From: Azolla caroliniana
Taxonomy: Eukaryota; Plantae; Polypodiophyta
Assembly (NCBI GenBank): GCA_043228905.1
Contig: JBHGNT010000011.1
Span: 4,154,001 to 4,218,000 of the forward strand
Direction: 5' to 3'
DNA: 64,000 nucleotides
Position numbers and translations under genes: made by a program. This document shows, in pieces, positions 29,901-41,510 of this stretch. Each line of letters starts with the position of its first letter. Position 1 is the stretch's first letter. The notes below the pieces were generated by a model. The model was not told the origin of the DNA and ran no database searches. It worked only from the letters and a program-made list of their open reading frames with translations.

Positions 29901-32900
29901 CCGCCTTCAACTTCCGGCCAGTTTCTCTTTCTACTCTCGCATGGAGCTCCTTGAAGATGGATAACACATGATCCTTCGTCTTCAGTGGTGTGGCCCACAG
30001 CTTCCGGGTGTGGTCATCTATGAACGTCACGAAGTACTGCGATCTGGCATGTGACTTCGTGTCCACTTGACACACATCGGTATGCACTAACTCCAGTGGT
30101 GCATTATGTCTCATCGGTGTCCTTGAATGGAAGGAGGTCTGGTTTTGCTTACCGGCCAGGGAGTCGGTGCACTTCTCAAGATGCAAGTCTTTCACCGGAA
30201 TGAGATTGTCATCGGCAAGCCTCTTCATCCCCTTCTCGCTCATGTGACACAGTTTCTTGTGCCACAACTCACTGGCAGCGTCGGATGCAACGTTCACTTC
30301 TTCCGGGCATAACCGGGCATTCATCAGGTACAATGTGTTGACCTTCCGGGCCCGAGCCACTATTAGGCTCCCCTTGCTGAACTTCATAACACCATTCCGG
30401 ATGCTACCTATGTAGCCTTCATCATCTAGCCGATCGGCTGATATTAGGTTTAGTCGAACCTCCGGAAAGTGTTAGACATCCTTCAACAACAACTTGCATC
30501 CGGTTGGTGTTGTCAGCCACACGTCTCCTATGCCAACAATTCAGCATGTACCCTCATTCCCCATCCGGACACAGCCGTGATCACCGACTGTGTAGGATGA
30601 GAAGCATTTCTAGTCTGGGGTCAGGTAGAACGACGCTCCGGAATCGACAACCCACGTTGTCTCGCCGTCGGCAAGGTTCAACTCACTCTCCTCGGTGATT
30701 AGCATCAACTCGTCTTCACTTACTGTGATTGCCGTCGTTCCCTTCCGGTCCGGTCCTCTCCGGTCTTTACCATTCCGGTCCAGTGACCGCTTCGAATCGG
30801 TATTGTCGGTTTCCTTGTCTTTCCGGAAATGCTGACAGTTCTTCTGGAAGTGCCTCAGCTTGCCGCAATAGAAGGAAGTAGGCCTCTCCCTTGACTTTGG
30901 CCGTGTCCCCGACTTTTCCCGGTTGTGGGTACTACAGTCCCTTTGTCTTCCGCGTGACAGGAATACACCTCCCTAAGCTATGCTCGGCCACAACTGAGAC
31001 GTCGAATCAATCACAGAAAACAGGGATGTGGGAAGATGTATCTACACACGAAACAGTAAAGAAGAGAGTGCAGAGGATGTTAATGTGGAAAACCCAAATA
31101 TGGGAAAAACCACGACAGCCCTCAGACTGCAAACTATCACTATGTAAAGTAATACAAGAATGGGGCACAGAGGCAACGACCTCTTGCTCCCTCGCTTAGC
31201 CACCAGGCGGTTACAATAGAGACACACAATCTCTGTATATCGCGCGCTCTCTCTCTATTACACACTGTACAGAGGTTACACCAATAGCTCTATCATCATC
31301 ATATTAAGTTTGCCCTACTAGGTCATATTTATACTAATATGACTTTCGGCCTATTTACAAAGATAGCCCCAGTGGGCTCTCTGGAACATATTTACATATA
31401 TGTCCCTTCATCCGGTGAGAGGTTCTCACCGGGCCTGCAACATCCGGTTCTCACCGGGTCTTCCTTGCCGGGTACTCGTCATCCGGTTCTCACCGGGTCT
31501 TCCGTTGCCGGGTACTCCACATCCGGTTCTCACCGGGTCTTCCGTTGACGGATACTCGTCATCCGGTTCTCACTTCCCATCTGGAGGGACCTGTTTCCTA
31601 ACAAACTCCCCCTTCACTCTGGCATGGGATGTCTTACTAGTCCGATCCGCTTTCGACATGCATCCAGCTTGTCGGGTATCAGCACTTTGGTCAGCATATC
31701 TGACCCGTTCTCGGCCGTGTGGATCTTAGTTAGCGTGAACTCTCGATCTTCTACTCGGTCCCGGATCCAGTGATACCTACGCTGGATGTGTTTTGTCCTG
31801 GAATGGTACGCTGCATTCTTAGCAAGGTGGATGGCACTTCGACTGTTGCAATGGAGCCGGTATTCATCTTGCCGGATACCGAGCTCTCCGATGAAGTCCT
31901 TCATCCATAATATTTCCTTGCCGGCTTCAACAACCGCCATGTACTCCGCCTCCGTGGTTGACAACGCAACCGTCTTCTACAGCCTTGACGGCGACGAAAC
32001 AGCTCCCCCTACATATGTCATTACATACCCGAATGTGGACCGGCTGGTATCCACATCAGCCGACATATCCGAATCGGTAAAACCGTCAAGTTGAGGTTTA
32101 CCGGAGCCAAATCGGAGACACCTATTCGAAGTTTCCTTCAAGTACCGGAGTATCCATTTGACCACGTTCCAGTGCTCCTTGCCGGGATTGCTCATAAACC
32201 GGCTCACCACTCCGACTGCTTATCCAATATCAGGCCGAGTACACACCATTGCGTACATCAAGCTCCCGACGGCTGAGGCATATGGAACCTTCATCATATC
32301 AACCTTCTCTACTTTCATCTTTGGGCTTTGCTTACCGGATAGTCTGTAGTTTGCTGGGAGTGTCGATTTGATTGGTTTTGCTTCTAACATGTTGAACTGC
32401 TGAAGCACCTTTGTCACGTATTTCTCCTGTGACAACCACAATTGTTTCTTTGACCGGTCCCGGATGATGTGCATCCCCAACATTTGTCTTGCCGGACCCA
32501 AGTCTTTCATTGCGAAAGTTCGGTTGAGAGCCTTCTTCAGCATCCGTATTTTGGCTTGGTCCCGTCTGACGATGAACATGTCATCCACGTACAGAAGGAG
32601 TATTAGGAAGTCGCCTCCGAACTTCTTCACAAACACGTAGTGATCGGCCTGCGTCTTGTGGTACCCTTGATCGGTCATGAAGGAGTCGAACTTCCGGTAC
32701 CATTGTTGGGGAGCTTGCTTCAGTCCGTACAGGCTCTTCTTCAACCAGCAAACCAGGTGCTCCTTCCCTTTCTCCACGAATCCTTCCGGTTGTTGCATGT
32801 AGATCTCCTCTTCGAGGTCACCGTGAAGGAATGCCGTCTTCACATCCAGCTGTTGCACCTCGAGGTCCATGCTTGCCGCTATACTAAGCACCGTCCGGAT

Positions 32901-35900
32901 GGAGGTCATCTTTACTACCGGGGCAAATATCTCGTCGAAGTCCACGCCCTTCTTCTGCTGGAACCCCTTCACCACGATCCTGGCTTTGTATCTCGGGGGG
33001 TTGCCGGCATCTCCCGGTTTCAACTTGTACACCCACTTGTTTCGGAGTGCCCGCTTTTCTTTTGGCAACTCCACCAATTCGTACGTATGGTTCTCATGCA
33101 GGGAATCCATCTCATCCTGCATGGCACTTAACCATTTGCGGTTGTGGGTGTCTTCCTTTGCTTCTTCGAAGCTTTCCGGCTCTCCCTCATCGGTCAGTAG
33201 CACATGCTCTGCATTCGGAAATCTTCGGGGGCCCCTTCAATCTCTGAGAGGATATCTCCGTCTTTGACCTTCGGCAACCGGCTCCACTATTTGTTCTTCA
33301 TCCGAATCCGATTCGGGGTCTTGGCCGGTTCCGGTTTCACCTATTCCTTCTTCTTCGGCCTGTCTTGTCTCCTTACCGTCACCGGCCGGTACATCGAGTG
33401 CTAACCGGTCTGTTCCCGGTTGGGTTTGCTCATCGTAGAATCGATCCTTACCGGTCGACTCGGAGTTCATTATCTTCTTCTCCGACTCCCATTCGGCGAG
33501 CGTCTTGTCCTCCATGAAGATAATATCTCAACTCCGGAATACCTTCTTGTCAACTGGATCCCACACTCGGTAGCCGAACTCATCATCGCCTTATCCGAGG
33601 AATATGCATGGCCGGGTCTTTGGATCCAACTTTCCTCTCCGGTCCTTAGCAACATGCACGTACGCGAGACACCCGATACCTTCAGATGCCGGTAGGACAC
33701 TTCCTTACCAGTCCAGACTCTCTGTGGCGTGTCACCGTCCAAGGGTACTGAGGGTGATCTGTTTATCACATATGTCGCCGTCGACAGTGCCTCAACCCAA
33801 AACTTCTTGGGTAATTTTGCATGCGCCAGCATACTCCGGACCCTCTCCATTATGGTCCGGTTCATCCTCTCGGCTAGCCCGTTTAGTTCCGGCGTCTTTG
33901 GCATGGTAAATTCGAGCCGGATTCCCTTCAAGCAGCAGTACTCCTCGAACTGTCCCCGGTATTCACCTCTGTTATTTGCTCGAACCGCCTTCAGCTTCCG
34001 GCTGGTTTCTCTTTCCACTCCCGTGTGGAGCTCTTTGAAGACGGATAGCACCTGATCCTTCGTCTTCAACAGTGTGGCCCACAGCTTCCGGGTGTGGTCA
34101 TCTATGAATGTCATGAAGTACCGCGATCCGGCATGTGACTTCGTGTCCACTTGACATACATCAGTATGCACCAACTCCAGTGGTGCATTATGTCTCATCG
34201 GTGGCCTCGATCGGAAGGAGGTCCGGTTTTATTTACCTGCCAGACAATCAATGCAATTCTCCAAGTGCATGTTCTTCACTGGAATGAGGTTGTCATATGC
34301 AAGCCTCTTCATCCCCTTCTCGCTCATGTGACACAGCCTTTTGTGCCATAGCTCACCGGCAGTGTCGGATGCCACATTCACTTCCTCCGGACATAACTGG
34401 GCATTCATCAGGTATAGAGTGTTGACTTTCCGGGCCCGAGCCACTATCAAGCTCCCTTTGCTGAACTTCATGACACCGTTCCGAATGCTGCCCATGTAGC
34501 CTTCATCATCCAGCCGACTGGCTGATATTAGGTTCAATCGAACCTCCGGAATGTGTCAAACATCTTTCAACAACATCTTGCATCCGGTTGGTGTTGTCAA
34601 CCACACGTCTCCTATGCCGACAATTCGGCATGTACCTTCATTCTCCATCCGGACACAGCCGTGATCACCGGTTGTGTAGGATGAGAAGCATTTCCGGTCC
34701 GGGGTAAGGTGGAACGACGCTCCGGAATCGACCACCTAGGTCATCTCGTCGCCGGCAAGGTTTAGCTCACTCTCCTCGGTGATGAGCATCAACTCTTCTT
34801 CACTTGCCGCGATTACCGTCGTTCCCTTCCGGTTCGGCCCCCTCCGGTCTTTACCGTTTTGGTCCAATGTCCGCTTTGAATCGGTACCATCGGTTTCCTT
34901 TCCATTTCGGAAGTGCCGACAGTTCTTCTGGAAGTGTCCTGGCTTGCCGCAATAGAAGCAAGTAGGCCTCCCCCTTGACTTTGACCATGTCCCCGACTTT
35001 TCCCGGTTTTGGGGACTACAATTCCTCTGTCTTCCACGTTCCGATGCGGTAATGAGCGATTTGGAGTCGGAGCTCATATCCTTATCTTTCCGACGCACCT
35101 CCTCATCTAGCAAGCTCGACTTCACTCTTGCTAGGGATAACCATCTCCCTTCCGGCCCGGCGTTGCCCAAAGTGACAACCAACGTCTCCCAGCTATCTGG
35201 GAGGGAACCGAGCAGGAGTAGTGATAGTACCTCATCGGCGAGAGGTACTTCCAATGATGTTGCCTGGTGGATCAGCCCCTGGAAGGCATTCATGTGCTCC
35301 GCCATGCTGGAGCCATCTTGGTACTGGAGTCTTACTAGCTTCCGAAATACCGAAACCTGATTAACAACATTTTTGTTTTGAAACATAATGCCGATCTTCT
35401 CCCAGAGCTCATGAGCCTTGCTCTCTTCATTGAAGTTGTTGTATAGACTCATGTCGATGAAGCACTGTATGTACACCATTGTCTTCATGTGCATCAACTC
35501 CCATATCGTGGCATCGATTTTGTCCGGTCTCTTGTCCCCGAACTGAATAGGCAACCAAAGATCTTTAACCATGAGCATGTCCCTCATCTTCGACTTCCAC
35601 ACTGAGTAATTGGAGCCGGTGAGCTTGAACATGCCTCGCAACGATTCGTCCATTTTTTGTGTCGTTTCGCTTTGATACCACTTTGACAGGAATACGCCTC
35701 CCTAAGCTATGCTCGGCCACAACCGAGACGTCGGATCAATCACAGAAAATAGGGATGTGGGAAGATGTATCGACGCACGAAACAGTAAAGAAGAGAGTGC
35801 AGAGGATGTTAACGTGGAAAACCCAAATATGGGAAAAACCACGGCAGCCCTCAGACTGCAAACTATCACTATGTAAAGTAATACAAGAATGGGGCACAGA

Positions 35901-37264
35901 GGCAACGACCTCTTGCTCCCTCGCTTAGCCACCAGGCGGTTACAATAGAGACACACAATCTCTATATATCGCGCACTCTCTCTCTATTACACACTATACA
36001 GAGGTTACACCAATAGCTCTATCATCATCATATTAAGTTTGCCCTAGGTCATATTTATACTAATATGACTTTCGGGATATTTACAAAGTTAGCCCCAGTG
36101 GGCTCTCTGGAACATATTTACATATATGTCCCTTCATCTGGTGAGAGGTTCTCACCGGGCCTGCAACATCCGGTTCTCACCGGGTCTTCTGTTGTCGGGT
36201 TCTCCACATCCGGTTCTCACCGGGTCTTCCGTTGCCGGGTACTCGTCATCCGGTTCTTACCGGGTATTCCGTTGCCGGATACTCGTCATCCGGTTCTCAC
36301 TTGCCATCCGGAGGGACTTGTTTCTTAACACCGCGTTCCAATTCGGTAAGGAGAGCTTTGGAGTCGGAGATTGTATCCTTGTCTTTCCGGCGTGCCTCCT
36401 CATCTAGCAAGCTCGACTTGACTCTTGCTAGGGATAACTGTTTTCCTTCCGTCTCGGCGTTGCCCAAAGTGACAACTAACGTCTCGTAGCTATCCGGGAG
36501 GGAACCGAGCAGGAGCAGTGCTAGTACCTCATCGGCAAGAGGTACTTCCAACAATGTTGCCTGGCAAATCAGCCCCTGGAAGGCATTTATGTGCTCCGCC
36601 ATGCTAGAGCCATCTTGGTTTCGGAGTCTTACTAGCTTCCAGAAAACCGAAACCCGATTAACAACATTTTTGTTCTGAAACATAATGCCGATCTTCTCCC
36701 AGAGCTCATGGGCCTTGCTCTCCTCGTTGAAGTTGTTGTACAGGCTCATGTCGATGAAGCACCAGATGTATGCTGTCGTCTTCATGTGCATCACCTCACA
36801 CAGTGTGGCGTCGATCTTGTCTGGTCTCTTGTCCCCGAACTGAACCAGCAACCAAAGATCTTTAACCACCAACATGTCCCTCATCTTCAACTTCCACACT
36901 GAGTAGTTGGAGCCGGTGAGCTTGAACATGCCGCCAAATGAATCTTCCATTTTCAGTGTCATTTTGCTCTGATACCAGATTGATGTGAATATGTGGAATA
37001 ATGCTCAGCCTTAACCGAGTCTTCGATCACTTCTTTGAGAATTACAAACACAAAAATGGGAATGTGGAGATAGATGCATGTATACACAAAACAATGTAAA
37101 CAAGAGAGTACACAAGATGTTAACGTGGAAAACCCTAAGAGGGAAAAACCATGGGAGCCCACAAACTCCAAACTATCACTATGTCAAAAGAATACAACAG
37201 GGGGCACAGAGGCAACGACCTCATGCTCACTCTCTTCGCCTAGCAGCATTACAACAGAGAATCA

Positions 37265-37310
<46 letters not shown>

Positions 37311-37592
37311 TATGCTTTGTACAATAGTTACACAGACAACACAAAGAATGACCAACAACAACAATAGTGTTTGCCCTAGGTCATATTTATACTAATATGA
37401 CTTTCGGGCTATTTACAAATATAGCCACAATGGGCTAGCAGAAACATATTTACATCTATGTCCCTTCATCCGGGAGAGATTCTCACCGGGCCTTCGTCAT
37501 CCGGTTCTCACCGGGTCTTCCTTGCCGGGTATACATCATCCGGTTCTCACCGGGCCTTTATCATCCCATCTGGAGGGACCGAAATCCCAACA
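26918..37592 (-). mobile_element. Copia element A (Tork-like), full length and decayed; LTRs 26918-27521 and 36981-37592; interrupted in gag by element B
   Basis: PBS tggtatcagagc (iMet) at 36966-36977. gag 36331-36962 continues below 30954. Integrase 29044-30387, RT/RNaseH 27530-29040, PPT 27522-27538. Confidence 0.92.
30955..36330 (-). mobile_element. Copia element B (Tork-like), complete, 5376 bp; LTRs 30955-31603 and 35684-36330; TSD CCGCG
   Basis: Perfect 5-bp TSD at 30950-30954 and 36331-36335. PBS 35669-35680, PPT 31604-31618. gag 34736-35653 has a CFYCGKPGHFQKNC knuckle. IN, RT and RH contain several stops and frameshifts. Confidence 0.95.
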
Positions 37593-38220
37593 AACTCCCC
37601 CTTCCCTCGGGCATGGGATGTCTGGTTAGTCCAACTCGCTTCCGGCATGCATCTAGCTTGTCGGGCCTCAGCATCTTGGTCAGCATATTTGACCCATTCT
37701 CCTCCGTGTGGATCTTCGTCAGCACAAATTCTAGATCTTCCACTCACTCCCGAATCCAGTGGTACCTCCGCTAGATGTGCTTCGTCCTGGAATGATACGC
37801 CGCGTTCTTCGCAAGGTGGATGGCACTTTGACTGTCGCAATAGAGCCGGTATTCCTCTTGCCGGATCCCTAGCTCTTTGATGAAGTCTTTCATCCATAGT
37901 ATTTCCTTGCCGGTTTAGGGTTAAAATATCATCTAGGTAAATCATCAACATAACGCAAGACCGGTTCGTGTCGACCTTGCCGGATGAACATTGAAGAGTC
38001 TAACTTTGACGCGGCAAACCCCATTCGATGCAGTCGTTGTGTGATCTTCGTGTTCTAGGCATGTGGGGCTTGGTTTAGTATGTAAAGGAACTTCTTCAGT
38101 CCGCAAATAGCCGACATGTTCATTTCGGATTGAAATCCGGGGGGTTGAACCATAAACACTTGTTCCTCAAGATCACCTTGTAGGAAGACGTTTTTCACAT
38201 CCATCTAATGTAGATGCCAG
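37593..38220 (-). repeat. Permuted duplicate: copy of 27522-27842, then TTTAGGG (37914-37920), then copy of 26618-26917
   Basis: Constant offsets of 10071 and 11303 bp to the source segments. Confidence 0.92.
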
Positions 38221-38824
38221 TGATGCGAATATGCGAAATAATGCTCATCCTTAACCGAGTCTTCAATCACTTCTTTGAGAATTACAAACACAGAAATGGG
38301 AATGTGGAGATAGATGCACGTATACACAAAACATTGTAAACAAGAGAGTACACAAGATGTTAACGTGGAAAACCCTGAGAGGGAAAAACCACGGGAGCCC
38401 ACAGACTCCAAACTATCACTATGTCAAAAGAATACAACAGGGGGCATAGAGGCAACGACCTCGTGCTCACTCTCTTCGCCTGGCGGCGGTTACAACAGAG
38501 AATCACTCTATCACTCTGTCTCTCTGTCTCTCTCTCTGTGTTATGCTTTGTACAATAATTACACAGACAACACAAAGAATGACCAATGACAACAATAGTG
38601 TTTGCCCTAGGTCATATTTATACTAATATGACTTTCGGGCTATTTACAAATATAACCACAATGGGCTAACAAAAACATATTTACATCTATGTCCCTTCAT
38701 CCGGAGAGAGGTTCTCACCGGGGCTTCGTCATCCGGTTCTCACCGGGTCTTCCTTGCCGGGTACACATCATCCGGTTCTCACCGGGCCTTCATCATCCCA
38801 TCCGGAGGGATCGAAATCCCAACA
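38221..38824 (-). repeat. Third (recombinant) copy of the element-A LTR, bordered by host copia C on both sides
   Basis: Start nearly identical to the 26918 LTR. Flanks gccag/accac are both one mismatch from gccac, and the host frame AVAKEW|HLH is restored on removal. Confidence 0.9.
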
Positions 38825-40799
38825 ACCACTCCTTCGCTACTGCCATCGGTGCGAACGTCTCATCATAATCGATGTTGTGCTGCTGCGCGTAGCCCTTGGC
38901 CATTAACCGGGCCTTGTACGTGTTGACTGAGGCGTCGACGTTGTATTTCACTTTGTATACCCATCGACAACCAATCGGCTTCGCCCCTTTCGGTACATCC
39001 ACCAAGTCCCATGTCTCATTCTGCGTGAGCGCATGCATCTCTTCCTCCATGGCCTTCTGCCAATGTGGGTCCTTAGCTGCTTTTGCATAGCTCTCCGGCT
39101 CATGCACGATTGCCACCTTCGCCATTTACGCATAATGATGCGCCATATACTCATTATATTTGTACCGAACTACGGGGTGCTTCTAAGGGGTGGATCGACG
39201 CAATTCTTGATTCGTTGATTTCGTGGCCTTCTCGGCTGATTTCAACCTCTTCCTCGAAGGTTCCTTTTCAGTTCTGTTGGAGTCGGATTCACTCCGATCC
39301 GACTCAGGTCGGCCAATGTCATACTCCTGCATCTTCTTCTTCCCTTTCTCTTTGCGCATGAACCATCTCCTCGGTTCCTTGCGCGCGGAGAGCACGACCC
39401 AGTTTTCACTACTCGCTGGCTCGTCATCCGGTTGTCCACTCCGGATTGGGTCAGCTCATCCGGAGAGAAGTCGGACTATCAGACTGTTCGGATTCCGTGA
39501 TGCTTCTCTTTGTTCGGGATTCCACTAGATCATCTACAATAATTGGCTTGGGTTCTGGTGGAGAGAAGTAACAAGATGCCGATTCATCGAAAACGATATC
39601 TCGGCTAACTCGGACCACTTTCGATCGGGGGTTATAATACTTATAACCCTTATGTTCATCCGAGTAACCAACGAGAACGCACTTTTCGACTTTCACATCT
39701 AACTTCCTCCGTTTTTCCTTTGGTACATGCACATATGCAATGCTACTGAACACCCGAAGGTGTGCCAAATTCAGCGTTTGCACGAAATATAGTTTGTTTG
39801 GTGACACCTTTGTCCCTGAGGCAGATATTCGATTCTGTATGTAGACGACTGTCCGAATTGCTTCGGCCTAATAAAATTTCGACATATGGATCTCCTCGAG
39901 CATTGCCCTGGCAGCTTCTACCAACATCCTATTCCGACGCTCTACCACGTCATTTTGTTATGGCGTGTATCTATAGGAGAATTTCCGTCAGATTCCCTTC
40001 GAATGCAGATAACTCGAGAACTGGCCGGAAAAGTATTCTTTTCCGCCATCTGATCTCAGACATTTGATCTTCCTTCCGGTTTCTCGCTCTACATGATTCT
40101 TTAGGTCCCGGAAGCAGGAGAAGACCTCGCTCTTCTTCTTGATCAAATTGATCCAAGTTTGTTGACTGAAATTGTCGATAAAGGAGATGAAATACTGACA
40201 GTCGCTGATGCTCACGTTCTGTGCTAGTCCCCACACATCCAAATGAATGAGATCAAGCTGATTCCGTCTCCGATTCTTCTCATTGGGGAACGGAAACTTA
40301 TGTTGCTTCCCAAGTTGGCAAGCTTCACATATTTGGCCTTTCTGGCCACTGAACTTTGGCAATCCTGAAACTACATGTTTTGATTGCAACTCATGAAGCT
40401 TCTGGAAGTTCATGTGGCCGATCCGCTTATGCCACAGGTCAATGTCCGACTCAACCTTTTGTCCTTTTGTGAACATAGCGGTGCCAACATCATTCATCAA
40501 GGATAAACATCCTCCCATCTTGGCACCCCTGTGCAATGACTTTGCCTTCTTCTTCGATGAAGAACCCGAGATGTGTGAACTGGACCTGCATCCCTTGGTC
40601 AACAATTTGTCCAACTGACACCAAATTCTTTGTGATTATCGAGACATGCATGACGTTCATCAGATTTCCCTTCTGCCTGACATGGTTGAGGGGAACCTCT
40701 CTGATGTGCTCGATGGTATGCGGGGTGTCATCTCCAGTTTCGTCCATCCCCGGTAGTTCCGGTTTTTCTAGATAAGAAAACCACTCTGCGTGCCTTGTC
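38825..40799 (-). mobile_element. Copia element C internal remnant (protease end, GAG-pre-integrase, integrase, RT N-terminus)
   Basis: LWHKRIGH, CEACQLGKQ, LIHLDVWG, LRSDGGKEY and EPESY...WQKAMEEEM...IDYDETFAP motifs. Confidence 0.88.
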
Positions 40800-41226
40800 G
40801 TAAAAGAATATGATCGTGGAAGCCAAGACAAAACCGGTTACACCGGATAGCAACAGAGAATAAACATAGTTTTAATGGAAACCTTACACGGGAGAGACAA
40901 AGTTAGAGTAGAACACAAAAACGTGTATATTCCAAAAACACTAAAAACTCTATGTACATACAATGTGCTCAGTCAGCACTTTTATACAAGTCCTTATACG
41001 GACTGATAGAAGTACTGACATGTTATCGCAGAATTCCGCGTGCACGTGTCCGATCGGGCGGGACCACCGGGTCAAGGACTAGGAAGAGATGGATACCGGG
41101 AGGGCGACTCTCTCTGAAACCGGCTGTGCCGGTTGTGGCACTAACTAGAGCAATTCTAGACGCGTACCGGAGGCTACCCAACAGAAGAGGGGAAGAGAGA
41201 GCGCACGTGCGCAACACTGACTAACA
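40800..41226 (-). repeat. Partial LTR related in part to the gypsy LTR at 23124-23791
   Basis: ggaagccaagacaaaaccggttacaccggata..tttaatggaaa..acacgggagagacaaag matches ~23190-23285. Ends CTAACA next to a PPT-like ctaagaggcgtg. Confidence 0.6.
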
Positions 41227-41510
41227 CACGCCTCTTAGGTACAGAAATTGGAAAGAAAGAAAGAACTCCAAAGACATCGACATAGACATAGATGCACAGA
41301 ACTTCACTTATATATATATACAAGAGCAAGATACAACTCCGGCTTCGAGCCAGTCTAAGGTAGATTAGGTTTCAGCAGCGGTCTGCTGCCAAGCTGCCGA
41401 TTGGGGAGCTGTCCGGCTCGTCGCGCCGCTATCGCCTTCGTCCCCTCGCCGGCACCTTCCTTCTCCTCGGTCTTACATTGCCACGGTGGCCGAACTGCCG
41501 AGGTCTCTAG

